A stretch of 42,139 bases of DNA, from positions 1 to 42,139 of the forward strand of contig JAAOZP010000002.1 in NCBI GenBank assembly GCA_011605725.1. The letters run 5' to 3'. A program made the translations under genes and the position numbers. Below are positions 19,178-27,312 of the stretch, one piece after another (the first letter of the stretch is position 1; every line of letters starts with the position of its first letter). The DNA comes from Nitrososphaerota archaeon. Its GTDB lineage: Archaea > Thermoproteota > EX4484-205 > JAAOZP01. The notes beneath the pieces were generated by a model. The model saw only the letters and a list, made by a program, of their open reading frames with translations, had not been told where the DNA came from and did no database searches.

Positions 19178-19623
19178 TAATAGACACGACCTATCTTCTA
19201 CCCCTTGCAAGGATAGATGTTGACACGAACCTCCTGGAAGCCATGGTTAAAGGCAAAGTAAACATAAAGATGGAGGAGATCGCTGTGAGCCTCATATCCC
19301 TTTTCGAGCTTCAGGCTAAGGCTGCAAAACTCGGCGTAGCTCCTTCAATCGTATCCGAAGCCTTGGAGGCCGTGAAAAAGGCTTTTAGAGTGATACCTTT
19401 TTACGCGGAGAAAGTGGTGGAGGTGAGCTTCTCATTAAGGAGAAAAATACCGGACTATATCGATTGCGTCATACTGGCAACAGCAATAGTGTTAGGCGAG
19501 GATTTGGCAACGGAAGACAGCCTGATACACTCGAAAAAAAGCCTTATAGAGAAAGAGTATCGGGTGAAGATCCATAGTTTCTCGAGCCTAGTGAAAAAGA
19601 CCCGACCCGTCTCTTACTCTTGA
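19174..19623 (+). CDS. vapC: PIN-domain toxin (VapC family)
   Basis: IIDTTYL, SLFEL, DYIDCVILATA and LATED. Confidence 0.88.
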   Translation: MIIDTTYLLPLARIDVDTNLLEAMVKGKVNIKMEEIAVSLISLFELQAKAAKLGVAPSIVSEALEAVKKAFRVIPFYAEKVVEVSFSLRRKIPDYIDCVILATAIVLGEDLATEDSLIHSKKSLIEKEYRVKIHSFSSLVKKTRPVSYS

Positions 19624-19930
19624 GAGTTTCCGGTCGCCATGCAAGTTGAACAGGATATGGACTTTATGTTATAGATTAAGAAAAATGTGTCAATGAAGCC
19701 AACTATGCCCTGTGTCCTGAATCTGCCCGATCGAAGCCCTATGTAAAGTATACTCTGTCTGAAGGTGTCGGCGTCCAGAACAAACCGTCCTAGCGTGCTC
19801 ATTGGGATTTTTAGATATGTGAATAGTCGCCAACAGACTAGTGCGCGCTAGAAAAGAGTTTTTGAAGCAGCCGGTCGGGTTTAAGAAGTTCCAGAAAATT
19901 TATATCTTTATAATAAGGGTAAATTATGCG

Positions 19931-22474
19931 ATGGTTCATCCGGCAGTTAGTAAGGGCTTCATTGTTGATTGGCTCATATGCGGACCATTCCCCAGAATTG
20001 GCCCTCACCCGAGCGGAAGAGATAGCTTCTACATGGACTTCCTTAAGAATGCAGGAGGAGAGGAACAGATCGAGCCTAAGGTTGGTCTGTCTCATCCGAG
20101 CAGTTGTGTAGAATCCGGGAGCGTTCAGTGGAGGGAGTATGTTGCTGAGCCGAACGGGTTTGTGGATTTCGTGAAACTTTTTGGAGAACCCTTCGTGGAC
20201 TTCTGGAACCTCCGAGGAGGCGTAGCTTATGCTTACACGACGATCCGGTACGAGGAGCCTAGGAGAGTAGTCTTCCTCTTGGGAAGCGAGGACTCGGTGA
20301 TGGTGTGGTTAAATGGGAAGCTGGTTCACCACAATAACATTGGCAGAACTCCCAGTCCCGGACAGGATATGTTCGTGTCGGATTTGGCATCAGGTATGAA
20401 CAAGCTTCTTGTGAAGGTTGCCAGATACGCAGGGGGATGGGGGTTCTATCTCCAACTCTTCAACGCCACAGGGAAGCTCTTCGTCAATGAGGCGGGGGCT
20501 ATTGTGCCCCATCTTAGAATAGGTGAGAAGCTCAGCGGCTGGGCCTGCATTCCCGTGCTGAACACGACTCGACAAAGACTTAACAATGTTACTATAAGGG
20601 TCTTGGAAAACAACCTCTTTAACCCGAGCAGAACTGAGGCAGGGGAATTAGATGCTGGAGAATGGAGGAGAATTCCCTTCCAAATATCCACGAAACGTGA
20701 GGTTAAAGCCGGTGAAGAGTTGGAGCTGAATGTATGCGTGGAGGCCGATGGGGAAACCCTGAACGTGACCCTAAAGCCCGTAGTTCGGAAAAGCGACGAA
20801 TGGTTCATGGCTACGTATCGTTCTGAGGTTGATGGTTCCGTTCAGCCATACGGGCTTCTCGTGCCCACGTCTTACGATAGGGATCGTTCGTATCCTCTCA
20901 TTGTGCTTCTGCACGGCTATAAGGGCGGATGGGCTATCGACGGCTATGCCCTGAAGGAATGGTGCATAGTTGCAGGCATCTATGGCCGAGGAGAGGTTCC
21001 CTATAAAGAGATAGGGGAGCGCGATGTTTTCGAGGTCATCGAAGACGTGAAGAAACGTTACAACATCGATGAAGACAGAATTTATCTTACGGGGCATAGC
21101 ATGGGTGGAAGAGGAACATGGTATTTGGGGCTCCGTAGGCCAGATGTCTGGGCTGCTATCGCACCCCTATCGGCAAGAACGTACGTGGAGGACGTGGAAG
21201 CCCCAAAATACCTACGGGCGCTCAGAGATGAAGAGAGTCCAATACATCTAGCCGAGAACGCCCTGAACCTCCCCATCTTCGTATCCCACGGGTCGGAGGA
21301 TAAAGTCGTTCCCGTAGAGCATTCTAGGCGTATGGTGGCGTTGTTAAGGGGAATGGGCTATGCGGTTGAATACGATGAGAGGCCCGGAATGGGCCATACT
21401 TGGAGCTCATCGGGTAGGCCATGGTGGGGAGAGGAGTGGCTTGACAGGCCCATAATCTCCAACTTCTTTCATAAGCATCGGAGAAAGCGGTATCCAAGGA
21501 AAGTATGCTATAAGACGAACAGCCTCAGGTTCAACAAGGCCTATTGGGTTGAAATCGATGAAATGGACACGGTTTATGAGGCGGCTCAAATTACGGCTGA
21601 GGTTCTCGAGGACAACATGATTCGGATACAAACCGGTAACATCGTCCAATTCACCCTGAGGCTCAATAAAGATTTGGGCATAGATATGGATAAAGCGCTC
21701 ACGATTATTGTAAACGGCTTTAAGGCTCGGATAGAATCCCTGCCCAAGTCCGGAAAGGTTACGCTGAGGGCAATACTCGACGAGAAGGGCGAAGCCACGG
21801 GATACTTGCTCCTCCTCAACCCCGAGGAAGCTGAGAGGGTAACCAAGTTTTCAGTGTGGGGCAGACTTGATGAAAAAGGCATAACAGAAATACTTCACAT
21901 AGCGCCCCAAGGTAATGGCTTAAGGAAAACGCCCAGCATCTTCGGCCCCATTACGGATGCCTTTAACAGTCCTTTCATCCTCATCTACGGGACGCAGGGT
22001 AGTGAAGTGGAGGTCGAGGCGAACAGAAGAGCAGCCCATGATGTGGCTACATGGCGGAAATCATATGCCAATGGGGATTGTGAGGTTAAAACCGATATGG
22101 ATATTGCAGTCCAGGATATCATGAACTACAACCTCGTTCTCTTCGGCAATCCGAAGACGAATGCTTTCGTGGCTCGAATAAATGAAAAATTGCGGATTAA
22201 GTTTAAGGACGAGGCTATTTGTGTAGGTTCTCAGAGGTTTGCAGGAAATGATGCGTCGCTTATCATGATCTATCCAAACCCGCTTAACCCGACGCGGTAC
22301 GTGCTTTTAAATTCGTCGACTACCGTGAAGGGGATGGGGAACATTAAGAAGCTCTACAATAGATGGGTAATGCTTCCGGATTACGTCGTTTTCAATAATG
22401 CATTTATTGAAGAAGGATGGAAGGGCTATCTTGCTGCTGGATTTTTTGATAAAAACTGGCAACTAACGGGATAA
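19931..22474 (+). CDS. Large alpha/beta-hydrolase (esterase/S9-like) with an N-terminal beta-sandwich domain
   Basis: WLICGPF..GSEDSVMVWLNG domain, then SEVDGSVQPY, LLHG, GHSMGG nucleophile elbow, HGSED and GMGH. Likely start MVHPAV at 19931. Confidence 0.82.
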   Translation: MVHPAVSKGFIVDWLICGPFPRIGPHPSGRDSFYMDFLKNAGGEEQIEPKVGLSHPSSCVESGSVQWREYVAEPNGFVDFVKLFGEPFVDFWNLRGGVAYAYTTIRYEEPRRVVFLLGSEDSVMVWLNGKLVHHNNIGRTPSPGQDMFVSDLASGMNKLLVKVARYAGGWGFYLQLFNATGKLFVNEAGAIVPHLRIGEKLSGWACIPVLNTTRQRLNNVTIRVLENNLFNPSRTEAGELDAGEWRRIPFQISTKREVKAGEELELNVCVEADGETLNVTLKPVVRKSDEWFMATYRSEVDGSVQPYGLLVPTSYDRDRSYPLIVLLHGYKGGWAIDGYALKEWCIVAGIYGRGEVPYKEIGERDVFEVIEDVKKRYNIDEDRIYLTGHSMGGRGTWYLGLRRPDVWAAIAPLSARTYVEDVEAPKYLRALRDEESPIHLAENALNLPIFVSHGSEDKVVPVEHSRRMVALLRGMGYAVEYDERPGMGHTWSSSGRPWWGEEWLDRPIISNFFHKHRRKRYPRKVCYKTNSLRFNKAYWVEIDEMDTVYEAAQITAEVLEDNMIRIQTGNIVQFTLRLNKDLGIDMDKALTIIVNGFKARIESLPKSGKVTLRAILDEKGEATGYLLLLNPEEAERVTKFSVWGRLDEKGITEILHIAPQGNGLRKTPSIFGPITDAFNSPFILIYGTQGSEVEVEANRRAAHDVATWRKSYANGDCEVKTDMDIAVQDIMNYNLVLFGNPKTNAFVARINEKLRIKFKDEAICVGSQRFAGNDASLIMIYPNPLNPTRYVLLNSSTTVKGMGNIKKLYNRWVMLPDYVVFNNAFIEEGWKGYLAAGFFDKNWQLTG

Positions 22475-22750
22475 GCGCACGCTCATAGTTGCTGAGGGCT
22501 GTCCGTATTGCAAGCGGGCTGGGCAAGCGATTAAGCGCGCGTCCTTTTTACCGCAAATATCGCATCCTCTATCCGGTCTCTCCTAATTATTGATTTGCAG
22601 ACTTCGCACTTCCAAAGCTCATCGTGAGTCTTCAACATGAAGATTTAGAACATTTATGCTGAGAAAACCTTTCCCCTCATGATCTTGATGAAATTGCGTT
22701 TGGTATGGAAAAGGATTTAAGCAATAGGGCTTTTAGTTATTATTGAGCCC

Positions 22751-23530
22751 ATGGAGGAGTTAAAGGAAATAGAAGAGTACCTGAGGGGCATTGATCCTTT
22801 CGACATACCTTTGGATAAGTATAGAAGGATTATGAATGATGAGAGGTATAGCAGCCTTGCGAATCAGATATTGGTAAAGCTGGATGAGCTTTATGGAGAC
22901 TGGATAAGGGAGAAGTTCAGGGAGACCAAAGCCCAGTCAATAGTCGTTTGCGATAGGAAGGTGGTTTTCTATTCGAAAAACAGGTATGAGCCATCCGACG
23001 GGGAAGTGAGGGAGATGGAGGAGAAAATGGGGAAGCCGTGCTATGTCATAACTGGCGAGCCGTTGATAGAGGAGCGAAGCAACTGGTCTTTCCTGAGCGA
23101 AAGCGACTACTATCCGACCGTTGAAATATATCTTGGAAGAATTGATTGGAGCGATGATGACGTGTTTGAGAAAGGCATTAAGGTTAGGAGCGATTTCGAC
23201 ACAGGAAATCCCGAGTATACAGTTTTAGATGAGAAGACCTGTAGAAGGATGGAAAGCGAAATACCGCTGAGAAGAGTAGGGTATCATCTGGGAAGACGCT
23301 ATTTTTACTTTCCAAGGATGATGAAGGTCGGAATAACAGATAGGAGGAGAAATCGATGTTTAAGCAAAATAGTTGAAGGTGTTGATAACTGGAACAACGT
23401 GGAGCTGAACCCCTATAGACTCGCTAACCCAAACAGGGAAGGGTTTATCGGAAGAGATCTAATGCTTAAATTGCTTTTCAGAATAACTTTAGACCCTGGT
23501 TTAAGGAGATCAACATGGGAGCTTTTATAG
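22751..23530 (+). CDS. Hypothetical protein with a C-terminal retropepsin-like (clan AA) aspartyl protease domain
   Basis: YYPTV...DFDTG...GFIGRDL. The N-terminal ~105 aa form a separate small domain. Confidence 0.55.
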   Translation: MEELKEIEEYLRGIDPFDIPLDKYRRIMNDERYSSLANQILVKLDELYGDWIREKFRETKAQSIVVCDRKVVFYSKNRYEPSDGEVREMEEKMGKPCYVITGEPLIEERSNWSFLSESDYYPTVEIYLGRIDWSDDDVFEKGIKVRSDFDTGNPEYTVLDEKTCRRMESEIPLRRVGYHLGRRYFYFPRMMKVGITDRRRNRCLSKIVEGVDNWNNVELNPYRLANPNREGFIGRDLMLKLLFRITLDPGLRRSTWELL

Positions 23531-23590
23531 CTCGCAGATCATTGTTATAATCGTTTAGCACCATTCTTCAAAAATTTTTAAAGCACTTCG

Positions 23591-23655
23591 AATAAGCAGC
23601 GTCTTCATGCTCTGCGTGCCTAAGTCAACCCCAATAAAATACGTGTTCCCTCCAA
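23591..23655 (-). pseudogene. 5' remnant of a xylB homologue
   Basis: TTG GAG GG- AAC ACG TAT TTT ATT GGG GTT GAC TTA GGC ACG CAG AGC ATG AAG ACG CTG CTT ATT gives YFIGVDLGTQSMKTLLI, versus YFIGVDLGTQSMKTLLV in xylB at 15361. It has a 1-nt deletion and then diverges. Confidence 0.8.
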
Positions 23656-23957
23656 TTTTCCTATTTTAGAAGGAAATCGGCATAACGGTATTTAAACGTT
23701 AAAGCAGTCCCTTACCTTGAAATATCCCGTTATCTTAAGGCTCATCCATGTGAGGTTGAGAGTGTCTTTAAAACCCTCACCTTCAGGTGGAAGTATCGGC
23801 TCTCTTTGCTGTCCCTGATGCTTTGGGGAGCCACCGTAGCGCGCGCTTTAAACCGCCGTCTTCGTTTCTGCAGGCTTTAAAATAAGCTTTTCCCTTCCAG
23901 GTTTTTCTACTTTCACAACCATTTCTGGCACCAATATTACGAATTTTTAATTAATAT

Positions 23958-24935
23958 CTAGAGAAGGTCGATTTCACTTGTGATGCCGAGTTTTCTGGCT
24001 TTCCTATAGACTAGGGCTGCCGCAGCCAGATCCTGTATCGCCAAACCAGTAGAATCAAACACAGTTATTTCATCGTCACTAGTTCGCCCAGCTTTTCTTC
24101 CAACTATGATTTCCCCTAACTCCGCATGTATTTGCTCACGCTCGAAAATGCCTTTGGAAACCGGAACGTTCAGCTCCCCGTAGTGGCAAGCCTGCTCATA
24201 GTCATCCACGACGACTTTCGCCCTTTTAAGAATCATGGGGTCCAACTCCTCCTTTCCGGGAGCATCTGCACCTATAGCATTAATATGCATGCCCTTTTCC
24301 ACCCACTCGTTTTTAACCAAGGGCTGGGTTACTGGTGTAGTAGTTACGAGGATATCGCAACCCCTCACTGTTTTTTCAATGTTCTCATCGATCAGAATGT
24401 TTAGGCCAAGAGGCTCCATATCCTTCGAGAATTTCTCGCATTCCGCCTTTGTTCTAGCATAGACTCTGACTTCCTCTATCCTAAAAACCTCGTTTAAAGC
24501 TAGAAGCTGCGTTCGGGCCTGAGCTCCTGCACCAACCATCCCAACGATCTTCGAATTCTTCCTTGCAAGATACTTCGCAGCTATTCCACCAGTCGCCCCA
24601 GTCCTCATATTGGTTAAGTAGGTACCATCCATTATGGCCAGCGGCCTCCCCGTGTTCGGCTCTATAAGAATTATCGTTGCCATAACAGTCGGTAAACCAT
24701 GCTTCTCAGGGTTCTTCGGATGCACGTTCACCACTTTGACGCAAGCCATCTCAAGGTCAGGAATGTAGGCCATCATCGTCCTGAAATCGCCATCTGGAAG
24801 GGAAACGTAAACCTTAGTCGGCATCTGCACTCTACCCGTGGTCTTAGCCCGGAAAGCATCCTCCATGGCGTCCATTAATTCTCTGATTGAAACAATTCTT
24901 TCAATGTCTTTTCTCAATACTAGCGAGACTTTCAT
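23958..24935 (-). CDS. ala: Archaeal alanine dehydrogenase (ornithine cyclodeaminase/mu-crystallin family)
   Basis: GDFRTM, KVVNVHP.N, RTGA, GAGAQARTQ, AIGADAPGKEELD and FDSTGLAIQD. Confidence 0.88.
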   Translation of the reverse strand: MKVSLVLRKDIERIVSIRELMDAMEDAFRAKTTGRVQMPTKVYVSLPDGDFRTMMAYIPDLEMACVKVVNVHPKNPEKHGLPTVMATIILIEPNTGRPLAIMDGTYLTNMRTGATGGIAAKYLARKNSKIVGMVGAGAQARTQLLALNEVFRIEEVRVYARTKAECEKFSKDMEPLGLNILIDENIEKTVRGCDILVTTTPVTQPLVKNEWVEKGMHINAIGADAPGKEELDPMILKRAKVVVDDYEQACHYGELNVPVSKGIFEREQIHAELGEIIVGRKAGRTSDDEITVFDSTGLAIQDLAAAALVYRKARKLGITSEIDLL

Positions 24936-25122
24936 TCAATGTTTTTACTCTAATTTTCAGTATTTAAGGGTTTTAGCACGCGCATAACAAGTTTACCGGC
25001 GAAACAGTTTAACGTATCGTTAAAAACCCGATGAATCCTCCTTTTTCAGCATTATTGAAAGACCTATTGTAGCTAAGTGCGCACTGACACTTGGAAGCAT
25101 GGCAATAGGATGCTGGCTCCTG

Positions 25123-25317
25123 TTAATCGACTTTTATCTCGTACTTGTTAGCCAGTATCTCCATCTGCTCGTCGAAGTTTCGAACACCTTGAAAGTAGAG
25201 CTTAGTAGCCTCATCGTCAAGCTTATCCTTCCCAATTTTATTCAGCAATGCTTCCGCTATTTTCTCAGCCCTAGTCTTCTCATTCTTCTTTTTTCCGAAC
25301 AGCACCATTTTTCCCAA
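25123..25317 (-). CDS. Small hypothetical protein
   Basis: Charged, protein-like 61-64 aa ORF in line with its neighbours, preceded by the TATA-like CTTATAA. Start at 25317 or 25308. Confidence 0.6.
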   Translation of the reverse strand: MGKMVLFGKKKNEKTRAEKIAEALLNKIGKDKLDDEATKLYFQGVRNFDEQMEILANKYEIKVD

Positions 25318-25371
25318 GTGTTTCTCAGGGAAACTTATAAGTCTTTCCTTCTTCCTCCGGGAGCAAGAGAG

Positions 25372-26202
25372 TCAACAGGTTTTCAGAACATCCTCAATGA
25401 TTCTCTTCGCCTTCAAAATGTCTTCAACCTGCTTAGGCCCAGATATCTCTCTCTCAATCGTTATTGCACCCCTGTAACCCATGGAAACAAGCTTCGGAAT
25501 GAGGATCTTATAGTTCACCTTTCCCTCTCCTAATGGCTTCTCCTCTCCGAGAGAATATCCGTCTCTCGGGTACTCCCCGTCCTTAGCGTGAACACCCTTA
25601 ACATACCTCCCGATAACGTCTAAAGCGTCCACAGGGTTAGCCTTACCGTAAAGAATCAGGTTTCCAGCGTCGAAGTTCACTCCAACGTTGTCAAGCCCAA
25701 CATCCTGAATTGTTCTGAGCAGTGTAACAGGGGTTTCCTGGCCTGTTTCAAACCAGAATTCCTGGCCGTTTCCGCCAATATAGCTTACGAGTTCTCTGAG
25801 AACAGGGATCAGAGTAATGTAATGCGGATCGTTCGGGTTCTCCGGTATGAAGCCAACATGCGTAGTAACGCTTCCAACGCCAACCCTCCTAGTGAAGTCT
25901 GAGGCTTTCTTCAAAGCCTTAACCCTGGCCTCTCTTGTTTCAAGTGGAACCAGCCCGATGGTTAAAGGTCCTTGAACGAAGTTCCACACAGGGGTGCCTG
26001 GCAACCCGCTCCATATGGTTGTTATCTCAACATTGTATTTTTCAGCGGTCTTCTTCAGCATAATCGCCATCTCGTCATTGAAATACTCCATTGTCCAGCA
26101 GGAGACCTGCGCCGTTGGAAACCCGTACTCATTCAGTTTTTTAAACTCTTCCTCCATCTTTGGTTTTAAGCCGACAATCACTCCCAATTTTAAATGCGCC
26201 AA
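25372..26202 (-). CDS. Sugar-phosphate isomerase/epimerase (TIM barrel)
   Basis: THVGFIPE, ETGQE, NFDAGN, HAKDG and TIERE. Confidence 0.9.
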   Translation of the reverse strand: MAHLKLGVIVGLKPKMEEEFKKLNEYGFPTAQVSCWTMEYFNDEMAIMLKKTAEKYNVEITTIWSGLPGTPVWNFVQGPLTIGLVPLETREARVKALKKASDFTRRVGVGSVTTHVGFIPENPNDPHYITLIPVLRELVSYIGGNGQEFWFETGQETPVTLLRTIQDVGLDNVGVNFDAGNLILYGKANPVDALDVIGRYVKGVHAKDGEYPRDGYSLGEEKPLGEGKVNYKILIPKLVSMGYRGAITIEREISGPKQVEDILKAKRIIEDVLKTC

Positions 26203-26317
26203 TCCTCTTCAAGAAGCCTGACCAGTAGTTGATAAGTTTTTCAAAGCATCGGCCAGCTGAGTCTAGCGAAACAGTTATTGGTTAAAGCTTAAAACCCATC
26301 TTATTTTCTAGAAGACT

Positions 26318-27235
26318 ATGAAAGCGATAATAGCAACATGGTCCTTTGGATTGAAGGCGGTTGAAGCCGGATGGAGAATCCTCAGAAACGGTGGATCCGC
26401 GTTAGATGCTGTTGAAGCATCCATAAGGGAAATAGAGAATGATTTCTCAAACAGGTCGGTGGGGCTAGGCGGGTATCCTAATATTGCTGGATTCGTTGAG
26501 CTGGATGCTGCAATAATGGAGGGCTCAACCCTTAGAGCAGGCTCAGTCGCAGCGGTGAGAAATGTTCAGAACCCGATATCCCTTGCTAGAAAAGTCATGG
26601 AGAAAACTCCACACGTCATGATTGTGGGAGAGGGTGCAACCAAGCTGGCTAAGATCTTCGGCTTATACGTGGAGAAGGTTGATCTTCAGCCTGAAGCAAG
26701 GATGGAATGGGAGAGACGGTTGAAAACCGCCGTCTCCACCCCCCAAAAGGAAGGGACGATCGAATTCTGGTTGAAAATGGCTGCTGAAGGACATTACAAT
26801 CATGACACAATCGGTTGTGTAGCCATGGATGATAATAAGAATATTGTTGCCGGATGCTCAACCAGCGGTTATGCTTTTAAACTCGTAGGAAGAGTTGGCG
26901 ATTCTCCAATAATAGGATCTGGGCTTTATGCGAATAGCTTTGGGGGTGCAGCTGCAACTGGCTTGGGGGAAAACATAATGATTCACAATGTTTCAAGGAT
27001 GGTGGTGGGTTTCATGGAGCAGGGGATTCCCGCAGACGAAGCTGCAGAAAAAACAGTGCAGCATCTTCTCAAAATTGGTAGAAGAATAGACCGTATATCG
27101 TTTGTTTCGCTTGACAAGGATGGTTGTTTCGGAGCAGGCACTACAGAGAAATCCTTTCAGTTTGCAGCAATGTCAGATGCTTTCTCAGAGCCACGTTTAC
27201 TCATGGTTGAGAAGGGGGTGCGCCTCAGTTTATGA
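26318..27235 (+). CDS. N4-(beta-N-acetylglucosaminyl)-L-asparaginase / type-2 asparaginase (Ntn hydrolase)
   Basis: ATW N-terminus, SVGLGGYP, ELDAAIM, HDTIG autoproteolysis site, GRVGDSPIIG and ATGLGE. Confidence 0.88.
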   Translation: MKAIIATWSFGLKAVEAGWRILRNGGSALDAVEASIREIENDFSNRSVGLGGYPNIAGFVELDAAIMEGSTLRAGSVAAVRNVQNPISLARKVMEKTPHVMIVGEGATKLAKIFGLYVEKVDLQPEARMEWERRLKTAVSTPQKEGTIEFWLKMAAEGHYNHDTIGCVAMDDNKNIVAGCSTSGYAFKLVGRVGDSPIIGSGLYANSFGGAAATGLGENIMIHNVSRMVVGFMEQGIPADEAAEKTVQHLLKIGRRIDRISFVSLDKDGCFGAGTTEKSFQFAAMSDAFSEPRLLMVEKGVRLSL

Positions 27236-27312
27236 TGTTTTTCAGAGATAAGTTTCAGTTTTTTAGTCATAAAGCTTAAATATTTCTTGTGAGAAAATAA
27301 TACCGATGTAAA

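Larger units (their letters stand above)
18152..24985. repeat. Dispersed palindromic motif, consensus TAGCGCGCGCTA (4 copies with an exact TAGCGCGCGC, plus 4 degenerate)
   Basis: TAGCGCGCGC at 18152, 18517, 18749 and 23837. Variants at 19839 (TAGTGCGCGCTA), 22473, 22533 and 24974. All lie in intergenic DNA or at gene or fragment ends. Confidence 0.7.

Noticed and set aside
22531-22636. Minus-strand CxxC-containing micro-ORF (WKCEVCK; GCDICGK in another frame)
   Set aside because: Possibly a frameshifted zinc-finger remnant, but too short to support.
23771-23792. CACCT-TC-AGGTG hairpin resembling an IS200/IS605 end
   Set aside because: Only a 5-bp stem, with no tnpA/tnpB remnant recognised.
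18152-24985. CRISPR array or classical integron attC array
   Set aside because: The repeats are only 10-12 bp, spacing ranges from 60 bp to 2.6 kb, there are no RYYYAAC/GTTRRRY-bounded hairpins that I could see, and no cas or intI gene.
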